Positions 9,133-18,967 of a stretch of DNA of 64,000 bases are shown here, piece after piece. Origin of the DNA: Candidatus Bathyarchaeota archaeon (lineage in GTDB: Archaea > Thermoproteota > Bathyarchaeia > Bathyarchaeales > Bathycorpusculaceae); assembly GCA_963826715.1 (NCBI GenBank), contig CAWGYA010000001.1, positions 1 to 64,000 on the forward strand, given 5' to 3'. Each line of letters begins with the position of its first letter. Within the stretch, counting starts at the first letter, position 1. The notes under the pieces are model-generated. The model had not been told where the DNA came from. It saw nothing but the letters and a program-made list of their open reading frames with translations, and searched no databases. The position numbers and the translations under genes were made by a program.

Positions 9133-9885
9133 TTAAAGATAGAGTAAACCAATACCCGCCCAACCCTGAGAGGGGTCGCAGATAAATTCGCGGAAAGTAA
9201 ATTGAGTTTTAATTTCATACCAAAACTTGTAGACCCCACATCCAATTTCTTCAGGATGCTGACATATATCATGGAACGCAATCAACCCGCCTTTGCGAAC
9301 CAATGGACTATACATTTCAAAGTCTTGTTTAACCCCCAAATAAGTATGGTCACCATCGATGAAAAGAAAGTCAAGCTTATCGCCTGCTAAAATCGATTCT
9401 ACTCGACTAACACTTTTTGTGGAATGAGAATCTGCCCGCAGCAAAAAAATCCGTTGATTATCACGTGCAAAATTAGTAAAAAAAGGAGCCTTAAAGTAAG
9501 GGTATCCACCACCAAAGTTTCCTCCTGGCAAATCTAAACTAAGAATTTTTGCATTCGATGCAGCAATTTGAGCGAATAGAAATAGGGTACCCCCATTGTT
9601 GGTTCCGATTTCAAGCATTGACTTGACATTTTGTTTTTTTACTTCCAGCAGTAACGCTTCAATTTCAGCCGGTACTTGCAAGGCAGCTATAGACCAACCA
9701 ACATACTTTAACGGCATCTTTTTGAAAATGTTATTGCCCAAAGTTATACAGTCAATAGGCTGTTGGCATTTTTTCGAATATTTTATAAGAAGTGCAGAAG
9801 CTAAGCGAGCTCTGCAACCGTAGAGGTTTAGTTTATTACTTATATCTTCAACCAAAAAAGTGGGATGAAGCCACTTCAGATACAA
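9133..9885 (-). CDS. class I SAM methyltransferase (Methyltransf_24/CmcI-like)
   Basis: LEIGTNNGGT, FLFIDGDHTY, GGLIAFHD. Confidence 0.85.
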   Translation of the reverse strand: MYLKWLHPTFLVEDISNKLNLYGCRARLASALLIKYSKKCQQPIDCITLGNNIFKKMPLKYVGWSIAALQVPAEIEALLLEVKKQNVKSMLEIGTNNGGTLFLFAQIAASNAKILSLDLPGGNFGGGYPYFKAPFFTNFARDNQRIFLLRADSHSTKSVSRVESILAGDKLDFLFIDGDHTYLGVKQDFEMYSPLVRKGGLIAFHDICQHPEEIGCGVYKFWYEIKTQFTFREFICDPSQGWAGIGLLYL

Positions 9886-10031
9886 TCACTACCTGCCTTG
9901 TAACGTCAAATTATCGCCTTAAGCTTTTTAACTTTTCACTTTGCCAGAAAGAAATTTGAAAACAACTTCAATAGTTAACAATAAGCAAAACTCTTTAAAC
10001 ACTTCATTAATTCAACATTGCTGACACTATC

Positions 10032-10979
10032 TTGAACGTAACAACAATGTGCAGTTGCTGCAAACAAAACTTAGCCTTCTTCTACAGGCAATACTCTGGC
10101 GAACGTCTCTGCAAACGGTGCTTCACCCAATCCGTTGAATCAAAAGTCCGCTCTACAATAACCCGGTATGGAATGCTAAAATTTAACGACGCCCTCGCCG
10201 TGGCGGTCAGCGGGGGAAAAGACAGCCTTGCACTACTTTACATTCTTTCGAAAATCCAGAAATATCGGCCAAATACAACCTTAACAGCAGTCACAGTGGA
10301 CGAAGGCATACGAGGCTATCGCGATGAAGCTCTCGAAATCGCAGCTGCCGCATGTAAAGAACTAGAAATACCTCACATTGTTGTTTCTTTTAGGGAACTC
10401 TATGGGTTTAGTTTAGACGAAATTATTCAACGAAGCCGAAGGGAAGGACAAAGTGAGCTAACAGCCTGTGCATATTGTGGGGTTCTGCGCCGCAGAGCTA
10501 TAAATACAGGTGCAAGACAGATCAAAGCTGACAAAGTTGCAACAGGACACACCTTAGACGATGAAACTCAGACGGCACTTATGAATATTCTACGCGGCGA
10601 TATAATTCGCTTAGCAAAAGAAAAACCCATATCCAGTGAGGTGCATCCAATGTTTGTGCAAAAAATCAAGCCTTTCTGCGAAATTCCTGAACGAGAAAGC
10701 GCTCTTTATGCTTATGTAAAAAAAATCGAATTCCAAGACACACCTTGCCCGTACGCTGGAGAAGCTCTTCGTAATGACATACGCGGAATATTAAACCGTA
10801 TGGAAGAGAAGCACACCGGAACAAAATTCACAGTTTTTCGGACCATACAGAGATTGCGTCCAGCGATTGAAGAAACAGCTAAAAAAGAAAATTACTGCAA
10901 CTGTCGAGAATGTGGAGAACCATCGGCACATGAATCATGCAAGACCTGCGAATTACTCTGGCACATTCGCAAAGACTAG
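10032..10979 (+). CDS. ncsA: tRNA 2-thiolation protein (NcsA/TtuA family)
   Basis: PP-loop SGGKDS, CAYCGVLRR, TGHTLDDE, terminal Zn fingers. Confidence 0.88.
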   Translation: MNVTTMCSCCKQNLAFFYRQYSGERLCKRCFTQSVESKVRSTITRYGMLKFNDALAVAVSGGKDSLALLYILSKIQKYRPNTTLTAVTVDEGIRGYRDEALEIAAAACKELEIPHIVVSFRELYGFSLDEIIQRSRREGQSELTACAYCGVLRRRAINTGARQIKADKVATGHTLDDETQTALMNILRGDIIRLAKEKPISSEVHPMFVQKIKPFCEIPERESALYAYVKKIEFQDTPCPYAGEALRNDIRGILNRMEEKHTGTKFTVFRTIQRLRPAIEETAKKENYCNCRECGEPSAHESCKTCELLWHIRKD

Positions 10980-11176
10980 CGACTAAAGCCCTCTTGACTT
11001 TTGATTTTTTTCAAAATTTCTGAAGCTTCAAAAGCTGTGTTTGCAGCTGCTACCCTTTGAGTTCGCTGTAGATTTACATTGGTTCCGCAATATGGGCAGA
11101 TTTTTGTTTTCTGACCCTGCTTAGTTAACATATAACTTCCGCATTTAAGGCATTTAACTACGATTATTGGTCCCAC
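10976..11176 (-). CDS. Zn-ribbon protein (DUF1922-like)
   Basis: CLKCG...CPYCG. Confidence 0.75.
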   Translation of the reverse strand: MGPIIVVKCLKCGSYMLTKQGQKTKICPYCGTNVNLQRTQRVAAANTAFEASEILKKIKSQEGFSR

Positions 11177-11251
11177 TTTGAGTCAGCTTCCGAAAGATTT
11201 TTCCACATACAATTAGATAATAGTTTAGGATTATATAGTAGATGTGGGAAA

Positions 11252-11611
11252 ATGAGCAACGAAGAGCAGAGTAAAGATAGGTCGCAATTGATGGATTTGG
11301 CTGTACAGTATTTTAAAAAAGAAGGTTACAAAGTCAACAATGAAAATGTAACGATTGAGGGTCACAGCGGCGTTTTGCGCCATTTCGATTTAATTGTGCA
11401 AAAAGGTAGAAGTGAGCAGAGCGTGTGGGTTAGAGATTGGAACCGTACAATTGGAGTCAATGTTATCATCAATCTCGACACATCTTCTGAGGATGTAGAC
11501 CTCTCTAGCCCGATAATGATAGGTGAGAAATTCAGCGATCATGCTAAATCTTATAGCAACCGTCGAAAAATCTCGCTACTTACTAAACAAAAAATCGGTA
11601 GTTTCAGATAA
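11252..11611 (+). CDS. Mrr-like PD-(D/E)xK fold protein, probably degenerate
   Basis: EGHSGVLRHFDLIV, FSDHAKSY motifs typical of small archaeal Mrr_cat proteins. Confidence 0.65.
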   Translation: MSNEEQSKDRSQLMDLAVQYFKKEGYKVNNENVTIEGHSGVLRHFDLIVQKGRSEQSVWVRDWNRTIGVNVIINLDTSSEDVDLSSPIMIGEKFSDHAKSYSNRRKISLLTKQKIGSFR

Positions 11612-12194
11612 AGTCATTTCTTAAGTACTCATCAAGGATACCTTCTCGCTCCAAGACACTCATCCAATCAATTCCACCAACAAGGCAACTTTTGCGTTTA
11701 TCCAAAAGATCTAAAATGTCATCAACAACTTTTTCAACGGGTTTGTTTGTAACATCAATTTCACAGACATTTCCTGCATGAACCTGCAATGCCTCGCCTA
11801 AACATATATCAAGAATTTCTGCTTGAATGTTCTCCCACAATTTATTACCACTATATCCACGTTTCTGCATGAAGGATTTGAGTTCTTTTGGGTTTCTGCG
11901 CAAAACAAAAATTTTTGGTGCATACTGGGTTGAGACTATAGCGCTCGCATAATGCCCATCGACAATAATAACGGTGTTCTCTGCAGCTTCAATAGTCTCA
12001 GCGAGTTTCTTCCGGGTTTTTTCCTCGTCAATAATGAGGGTATTTCGACCCTCATCTTTACCTAATACAAGATCGTTCGTTTTGACGAAATCGGTTAGGT
12101 TGATATAACATGCTCCGAGTTTCCCAGCAAGTGGTACGGCAACTGTGGTTTTTCCAACACATGGAGTACCTGTGATTAGAATTACTTGTTTCAT
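11604..12194 (-). CDS. adenylate kinase (AK6/Fap7 type)
   Basis: ITGTPCVGKTT, VDGHY, ENIQAEILD; start reassigned to MKQVIL. Confidence 0.88.
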   Translation of the reverse strand: MKQVILITGTPCVGKTTVAVPLAGKLGACYINLTDFVKTNDLVLGKDEGRNTLIIDEEKTRKKLAETIEAAENTVIIVDGHYASAIVSTQYAPKIFVLRRNPKELKSFMQKRGYSGNKLWENIQAEILDICLGEALQVHAGNVCEIDVTNKPVEKVVDDILDLLDKRKSCLVGGIDWMSVLEREGILDEYLRNDFI

Positions 12195-12379
12195 TGGGTT
12201 TATTTTGGTTTGGCGAGTAATTATTGGTTTTGGCCTCGACCCATTATCCCACAAATTTTTATTACTAAAAAAATTAATTACAGCTTATATTATGAGCTAA
12301 AATGCCTTTATGGTTGTAATGAAATCAGTATTTTTAGGTAACAACTAAAGTTATTTTTATCAGGAAATCATTTCTTCTT

Positions 12380-13120
12380 GTGACAAAATTGAAAGTTATA
12401 CCTGTAATCGACATCCTAAACGGAAAAGTGGTACATGCAGTAGGAGGTAAACGTAGTCAGTATAAACCCATCGAAAGCGTTCTTTGCAAATCATCAGACC
12501 CAACCGAAGTAGCGAGTGCATTCAAAGCTTTGGGCTTTACTGAGGTATATGTCGCAGATTTGGATGCAATTATTGACTGCAGTATGAAATTCCCAGAAAT
12601 CGTTCGCATCGCCAAACAAACAGGACTTTCATTAATGGTTGATGCAGGCGTGACTAACATTGAACGCGCAGAAAAGTTACTTCAAAGCGGTGCAATAAAA
12701 CTCGTGATAGGAACCGAAACTCTGCAGTCTAAAAGTTTCATTGCCCAAGCAATAGAGCGTTTTGGAAATTCCCAAGTAGTTTTGAGCTTAGATTTGAAAG
12801 GCAATAAGGTCATCACTAAAGCGGAGGGGGTTGAGGGCACCGATGAGCCTCTGCAGCTATTACGCGAGTTTGAAATCAAGGGAGTTAACCAGGTTATCGT
12901 ATTAGATTTGGAGCGGGTAGGCAGCGCCAAAGGAGTTAACTTAGATTTTTTAAAAAAGGCAATGGCTGTAGGTGTAGACATTGTTGTAGGTGGCGGGGTT
13001 GGAGGGATTTGCGATATAGTTAAACTTAAAAACATTGGAATTTCAGGAGCGCTTGTTTCAACTGCCCTTCATAATGGAAAAATCACGATAAAAGACCTCA
13101 AACGCTTAAGCCTTATTTAG
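12380..13120 (+). CDS. HisA/HisF-related TIM barrel protein (C1-cofactor associated type)
   Basis: IPVIDILNGKVVHAVGGKRSQYKP, YVADLDAI, LDLERVGS, GGGV. Confidence 0.85.
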   Translation: MTKLKVIPVIDILNGKVVHAVGGKRSQYKPIESVLCKSSDPTEVASAFKALGFTEVYVADLDAIIDCSMKFPEIVRIAKQTGLSLMVDAGVTNIERAEKLLQSGAIKLVIGTETLQSKSFIAQAIERFGNSQVVLSLDLKGNKVITKAEGVEGTDEPLQLLREFEIKGVNQVIVLDLERVGSAKGVNLDFLKKAMAVGVDIVVGGGVGGICDIVKLKNIGISGALVSTALHNGKITIKDLKRLSLI

Positions 13121-13123
13121 ATG

Positions 13124-13846
13124 CTAAGATTGTTTTGCGAGACAAACAATACCCCCCAACTGGGTAAGTCGAGCCCCAGCAGAGGACTCATGGCTAATCA
13201 CACGAGTTTTCACCTGCTTGTTTTGGGCAATTTGCAAGAGCCTATTCAAACGATATTTTTGATGACTCTTTAAAAGATAGTCATCTGTTAGCAGAAGATA
13301 CTCAGGCTGCAATCTTCCAGTCGGCTGATAATTCAGAATAAGATCCTCGGCTTCCTGCAACGAAAAAAGCACTAAATTATCGGTTTTGCTTAGGCGTTTT
13401 TCGAGAATTTCGAGCAGGTTCGCGGTTTCGTCTGAAGCATTTTCTTGGATTAGTTCTTTGAAGGTGACGGTTTTTGTTATTGCTGCTACCTGGAGCGGGG
13501 AACTCGCGGACCCTGTTATCATTGAGATTGAAACTTTGTTTGCGCCTTGTAGGAGCCATGCGTGGTGAGCTTTGATATGGCTGAGTACATCATGGGCATA
13601 GTTAGCTCTAGGTGGAGAAGCCACTATTATGCTTCGTACGCCCTCTTTCAGGATAGGTCTCAAAACGTTCACTATAGTTTCGTGAAAGCTGTATAGAGCT
13701 TTTTGGTCTTTGCGGTCACTGTTTAAGGGGATGACTTGGTGTTGTTTGGCGACTTGACTGAAAATATACCAAAGTACCGCGTGGTCTTGTTCTATGCCCA
13801 TTAACAATGCAACGGGGTAGCCACGTTTGTAGTTTTTCGGTTTCAT
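13124..13846 (-). CDS. eRF1/pelota-like protein, domains 2-3 only
   Basis: C-terminal SHESSAGARLTQLGGIVCL resembles pelota STEHEAGSKLLSLGGIVAL in this window. Confidence 0.7.
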   Translation of the reverse strand: MKPKNYKRGYPVALLMGIEQDHAVLWYIFSQVAKQHQVIPLNSDRKDQKALYSFHETIVNVLRPILKEGVRSIIVASPPRANYAHDVLSHIKAHHAWLLQGANKVSISMITGSASSPLQVAAITKTVTFKELIQENASDETANLLEILEKRLSKTDNLVLFSLQEAEDLILNYQPTGRLQPEYLLLTDDYLLKSHQKYRLNRLLQIAQNKQVKTRVISHESSAGARLTQLGGIVCLAKQS

Positions 13847-13974
13847 TCCTTTATTCCTGTCCGCTATTCATCTGTGAAGCATTGGATTTATTTTAGGTGC
13901 CGCTTTTTACCTAAATTTTAAAAAAAGCAGACAAAAACGGTAAGTTTATCAAACCCGAAAACCGTTTTTCTTGC

Positions 13975-14307
13975 ATGAACAAGCTCTCTACTAAGATAGA
14001 ACTCGACTGTGAACTGAAGAAAAACAAGAAAGTACTGGCATTGTTTTATGCAACGTGGTGCCCCTTCTGCATGCGATTTGTTCCAAACTTCGATAAAGCA
14101 GTTGCAAAAAAGGGCTTTGAAAAAGTCATCCATGTTCTCCTCGACGACTACGAAAACAAGCTATGGGATGACTATGATGTTCCCGCGGTGCCAACGATTA
14201 TTTATTTTGAAGACGGCAAGGTTTGCAAGCGACTTGATGCCCAACTGGGCAGGGGTCTTAATGAAAATACTTTCAAAAAATGGATAGAAGAATTCAAAAT
14301 CAGTTAA
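13975..14307 (+). CDS. thioredoxin family protein
   Basis: FYATWCPFC, VPT. Confidence 0.92.
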   Translation: MNKLSTKIELDCELKKNKKVLALFYATWCPFCMRFVPNFDKAVAKKGFEKVIHVLLDDYENKLWDDYDVPAVPTIIYFEDGKVCKRLDAQLGRGLNENTFKKWIEEFKIS

Positions 14308-14351
14308 AAATTCAATTGTTCAAAAAATAAAAAGAAAAAGAGATTTTATTT

Positions 14352-14849
14352 TTATGTTGGTGGTGGCGGTGGAGGCGGAGCTGCAGCAAATGGTTGCTTC
14401 GCTTGAACAACTACTGTTCCAGCCATGCGATCAGTGTATTTCTGCGACTTATTTCCAGTTGTAAGGATGCCTAATAGCCAGTCAAGAAATAGTAATATCC
14501 AGTAGATTTTACTGATGTTTCGTAAAAATGCTTTGTCAAATGTTACTTTGCCGCCATTTGTCGTTTGTACTTGTAATCCCAAAAGTTTTTTGCCGATTGT
14601 CATTCCACCCCAGGAAGCTTCCAAGAAGGCGCTGTAAATTACGAGAATTATGCCGTATATGAAGGGTAATAGAAATGTGGCGCCCCACCAGGGTACAATA
14701 CCAAAGATTCCGCCTGAAATGATAATTGGAATAAGCAGGATCGAGTAAATAATGCCGCCGATAATTCCGGTGATTATGCTGTCGATGATGAGTGCAATTA
14801 GTCGGTAAATCCAGTGCATCCAGTTTATTTGGTCAATTGTGCTTGACAT
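14352..14849 (-). CDS. RDD family membrane protein
   Basis: RLIALIID, TIGKKLLGL, DRMAGTVVV; poly-Pro tail. Confidence 0.9.
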   Translation of the reverse strand: MSSTIDQINWMHWIYRLIALIIDSIITGIIGGIIYSILLIPIIISGGIFGIVPWWGATFLLPFIYGIILVIYSAFLEASWGGMTIGKKLLGLQVQTTNGGKVTFDKAFLRNISKIYWILLFLDWLLGILTTGNKSQKYTDRMAGTVVVQAKQPFAAAPPPPPPPT

Positions 14850-14946
14850 TTTTTCTTTTAAAACTCCTTATTCAATTCTAGAACACAAAGCTATTAACAT
14901 TTTCTGTCCAAAATACGCGGGCAGAAAAATTAAGAAATTTAATAAA

Positions 14947-15594
14947 TTATGGAGCAAACCCTACTAAAAGCGCAAGCTCAAGCCACTTCCAGCTGAAATC
15001 CACATCCAAATAGCCGAACTCTCGCAACCAACGAAGTTGGGTCTCCACATCCAAAAGTTTATTCGAAGGGTCCTCAGTTTGAGGAGTTTGACCCACGGCA
15101 GCCTAAAACTTCAAATGCAAGTTCTCAGTTGGCGAAGAAACGTGTTCTAAGTTACAAAAAATTCCAGCAGAGTTCAAGTGAAAAAAGACTTCACTATATA
15201 ACTGCTTTTTTCGCCTGATCATTTAAGTGATGTATGGCTAAACTGGAGACGATTGCGTCAAAAGAACCTATATCTGGCAGCGGTAGGCTGAAATCATGCT
15301 TGACAATCGTAACCCGTGAATTACCTGCGAATCGCTGTCTTGCCTGTAAAAGCATAGGATCCGAAAAATCCAGCGCCACCCCCTCCGCCTGAGGGTTATT
15401 AAGAAGCACTAGTGAAAGCAATCTACCATCACCTGTCCCCAAATGTAAACTCTTCGGATATGAGTCGGGATCAAGTCTAAGAGGACACGTTCTCCTTCAA
15501 CTCGGTGGGGCAGTTTATCTGCCCTTGACAAATAGGCTAATGCGTGATTTACAGTTTGCCATTCACTTTTCTTACTCTGAGACATTGTTTTCAT
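14947..15594 (-). pseudogene. class I SAM methyltransferase pseudogene
   Basis: LGTGDG, DFS, SSLAIHH motifs spread over several frames, plus an in-frame TAG near 15105. Confidence 0.75.
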
Positions 15595-15726
15595 TTTAGT
15601 TTTGTGACAACCAGTTTTATTATACCTTGTTCTGCCTTCTACCTAAATTTTATTGTCAACCGAAAACAACGCTTATATCTCATTGACGGTTTTTATGGAA
15701 GAATATAGAGAGGGATTCTGAAAAAC

Positions 15727-16071
15727 ATGGAATTTTGTCCCACTTGCGGTTCACGTCTCGAACCCAAAAGAACCGGCATCGAAAACAACTTTGTACTTTG
15801 CTGCGCAAAATGTAACTTTACCAAGCAACCTGATGACCGAAAAACAGAGGCACGCACCGGAGTGGTTATTCAGCCTAAACCTAAACCCTTCATGACAGTT
15901 GTATCCAACGCCGATGAAGTCAACACTATGCCTAAAATTAAAAAGCAATGTGAAAAATGTGGCAACAGCGAAGTTTATGTGTGGATGGTACAAACGCGCG
16001 GCGGAGACGAAGCAATGACCCAGTTCATGAGATGCACCAAATGCGGTCATACCTTTAGAGAATACGCCTAA
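15727..16071 (+). CDS. tfs: transcription factor S / RpoM family
   Basis: MEFCPTCG, two Zn ribbons, QTRGGDE acidic hairpin. Confidence 0.92.
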   Translation: MEFCPTCGSRLEPKRTGIENNFVLCCAKCNFTKQPDDRKTEARTGVVIQPKPKPFMTVVSNADEVNTMPKIKKQCEKCGNSEVYVWMVQTRGGDEAMTQFMRCTKCGHTFREYA

Positions 16072-16146
16072 AAATCACTTATTACAATCTATTTTTCGAA
16101 AGATATTAAAGCATAACAGGCATAAAAATTATACTGATGAATATCC

Positions 16147-16242
16147 ATGCCTAGCAAACAAGGTAAACCCTTAACAAAGAAAGAGAAAGACGAAAAAAGA
16201 AAGGCAAAAAAAGCAAAAGGAAGCAAAACACAGACTAGTTAA
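16147..16242 (+). CDS. putative 31-aa lysine-rich peptide
   Basis: MPSKQGKPLTKKEKDEKRKAKKAKGSKTQTS; TATA-like site upstream. Confidence 0.45.
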   Translation: MPSKQGKPLTKKEKDEKRKAKKAKGSKTQTS

Positions 16243-16370
16243 TAGCCCAATTGCTTAAGCCTTCATTCACAGTTATTTTTTTATTTTTTAAGTGAGTGGA
16301 ATTCTTAAATCGGAAAAAGCTCACAAACTTAGAAAAACTTTTACTATAACTCGCCACACGTTTTTAACCT

Positions 16371-17126
16371 GTGGACCAAAAAATGGAATCCAAACGTAAA
16401 TGGCTCATATCAATCCTTTTAATCATCATAATCACTTTCAGCGTATTCTTCGCTAATTGGCAAGTTCAAATAAACACAGAAGTCCAAAAGGCAAACCGAG
16501 ATGAGTTGTTTCAACTTGCTCCCTTCAACATCTTCTCCACAGGTCAATACAATGGCTTAATGAGTTACGGCGAATTGGAAAATCATGGTGATTTCGGCAT
16601 TGGTACATTTGAGGGGTTAGATGGAGAGATGATAGCCCTTGATGGTGTTTTCTACCAGATTCCAAAAGAAGGTATCCCACGACAAGTTGACCCAACTCAA
16701 AAGTCGCCCTATGCAACCATCACCTATTTCGAAGCAGACAAAACATTTTCAGTTTCAGGCTTAAACTACACCGACTTGAAAACATATCTTGACGAGAAAT
16801 TAACATCAAAAGATGTAATTTACGCTATAAAAGTAAGTGGAGTATATAATTGGGCACAAACACGAAGCCCACAGAAGCAAGCAGAACCATACCCAGACAT
16901 CAATACTGCATTGCAAACTCAGGCTATATTCAACTTAACGAACGTCTCAGCCACGGCAGTTGGTTTCTGGTTCCCCAACAGCATGGATGGCGTGGACTAT
17001 TCAGGATATCACCTTCACTTAATTACTGATAACCACATAGCAGGCGGACACCTTTTGGACTGCATAATACAAAACGCTTCAGTCCAAGTAGACTTAATTA
17101 AAAACTATAAACTTATCCTTTCATAG
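16371..17126 (+). CDS. budA: alpha-acetolactate decarboxylase with N-terminal TM/signal
   Basis: HGDFGIGTFEGLDGEMIALDG, GYHLHLI..GGH. Confidence 0.88.
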   Translation: MDQKMESKRKWLISILLIIIITFSVFFANWQVQINTEVQKANRDELFQLAPFNIFSTGQYNGLMSYGELENHGDFGIGTFEGLDGEMIALDGVFYQIPKEGIPRQVDPTQKSPYATITYFEADKTFSVSGLNYTDLKTYLDEKLTSKDVIYAIKVSGVYNWAQTRSPQKQAEPYPDINTALQTQAIFNLTNVSATAVGFWFPNSMDGVDYSGYHLHLITDNHIAGGHLLDCIIQNASVQVDLIKNYKLILS

Positions 17127-17346
17127 GGACAACTATACGCACAAAAACGATTTCACCCATTTTTCAATTGAAAAGTAAATGTAAGAATGGTTTTAAAGTG
17201 GACTGATGACGTTTATTCTGCGCCAATGAAGACAATTGCACGTAAGCAATGGACTTTGTCCAAAGTGGCTGAAACATTATCGGTTCTGAGGCGCCAATTA
17301 TCTCTGGACATGGCAACGTTAATTAGTAAATCCCTGGGGTTATGCT

Positions 17347-17673
17347 ATGAGTATAATGCCAAAAAATCCTATTGGCCCCTTCTGGTTTATCAGAGATGGG
17401 GAACGATTTATCCAGTGCAGCAAAGAGGCTATTGACAACGCAATACGAGAAGGCAAAAGTATCAAATACAACGGCTACCCCAACCGCAAAACTGCAAAAA
17501 TTGCAGAGCATCTGGAAAAATCTCGTATGGCACTTCTGTCAAAACCGGATTTGCCCCATAGACTTCGCTCAGTTTTGACTAACCCAGAGAATGTGGTACT
17601 GATCCAAGTAATCGATGTTAATGACCCTGAGTTTTGGATTCAAGAATCAAAAAATCCAAAATATCAGAAGTAA
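17347..17673 (+). CDS. hypothetical protein
   Basis: 108 aa ORF with plausible composition. Confidence 0.55.
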   Translation: MSIMPKNPIGPFWFIRDGERFIQCSKEAIDNAIREGKSIKYNGYPNRKTAKIAEHLEKSRMALLSKPDLPHRLRSVLTNPENVVLIQVIDVNDPEFWIQESKNPKYQK

Positions 17674-17856
17674 CAACCAAATAGCCAAACAATCAAAAAT
17701 AAAAAATGCCCATGATAAACGGTTATTATTCTATGAAAACAAGAAAATTAAAGAAATCGTAGATCAGATGGTTGCTTTAATAGCGTCAATATAAACACCT
17801 AATCTTTTTCGGATAGTTTATTATTCAAGAAATTAAATTATTAATGAGGATTCTAA

Positions 17857-18411
17857 ATGGAACTTGATGTTTGTATTAAGGGTAGACGAAGTGTCAGATC
17901 CTTCACTAAAGAACCAATCATAAAAGAGCAGATGGAAGCAGTTTTGGAGGCAGGTATTTGGGCACCTACAGGCATGGCACGTGAGCCTTGGCGATTCATC
18001 ATAATTGAAAACAAAGAACTAATAAAGTATGTTTCCGATCAGACCAAAAACGCAGTTAAACAAATGATGCCACCCCTTGCCAATCAATTCTGCACCGAAG
18101 CGGACATCGTTTGCTATAACGCTCCAACACTGGTTTTAGTATGCACTGAAAAAGATCCACAGTGGGAAAAAATAAACATTCTCGATAGCGTCCTTGCTAC
18201 ACAAAACATGTTCCTTAAAGCCTACGAGCTAGGATTGGGCACTTGCTATATGGGATTTGTAAATTTGCTAAATAGCAAACCAGAGGTATTGCGTAAAATA
18301 GGTATACCAGATAATTGCGAGTTAGCGGTACCCTTCATTATTGGACACCCTAAGGTAAAGCCTGAAAAGGGAAAAAGAAAAAAACCTAATATTCTAAAAT
18401 GGATAAAATAG
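17857..18411 (+). CDS. nitroreductase family protein
   Basis: RRSVRSF, WAPTG..EPWRF, GLGTC. Confidence 0.93.
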   Translation: MELDVCIKGRRSVRSFTKEPIIKEQMEAVLEAGIWAPTGMAREPWRFIIIENKELIKYVSDQTKNAVKQMMPPLANQFCTEADIVCYNAPTLVLVCTEKDPQWEKINILDSVLATQNMFLKAYELGLGTCYMGFVNLLNSKPEVLRKIGIPDNCELAVPFIIGHPKVKPEKGKRKKPNILKWIK

Positions 18412-18570
18412 CATCGCTTTTTTTCTTCGGTAATTCCCCTTTTGTTACTGAAAAAACCCTGATTCATAGATATTTTAAATAAAAACACTCCGTTTTAGCC
18501 GATTTACGTGCGAGCGACGGAAAATGTTTTATTCTTATACATATGATAAGCTTGACGCAGAGGAATAATC

Positions 18571-18735
18571 ATGGCAAAATGCACGACTTGTGGAAAAGAA
18601 GTAAAGACCGCAAAGAAAACCTGGAAAATGGCAGGCAAACCAGACAAGAAAGGTAAGAGAACCCAACTTACAATCGCACTTTACGACTGCTGCGGTAAAA
18701 CCTTCCGCGAAGTTGTAGACAAGAAAAAAATCTAA
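18571..18735 (+). CDS. Cren7-like chromatin protein with Cys pairs (54 aa)
   Basis: MAKCTTCGKEVKTAKKTWKMAGKPDKKGKRTQLTIALYDCCGKTFREVVDKKKI; Cren7 pattern K-x-W...I-x-L-[FY]...GKxFR; GAGG RBS. Confidence 0.75.
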   Translation: MAKCTTCGKEVKTAKKTWKMAGKPDKKGKRTQLTIALYDCCGKTFREVVDKKKI

Positions 18736-18967
18736 ATCGAAATACTGTCCATTTCCTTTTTCTATTTTTTGTTAAAAGGTCCAAATGGGTGCATTTTGAG
18801 GCGGATACATATCCCTCAAGAAATTGAGGTTGATAAGGCAGTTACATCATAAAATATTGATAACCTAAAAAACTAATAACGAAATTTTTGGAGTAGTGAG
18901 CCAAATAAGCTCGCTGATGTCACAAACGTGAAATGTCTTTAATGTCAACATTTGATTTTTTTAGCAA

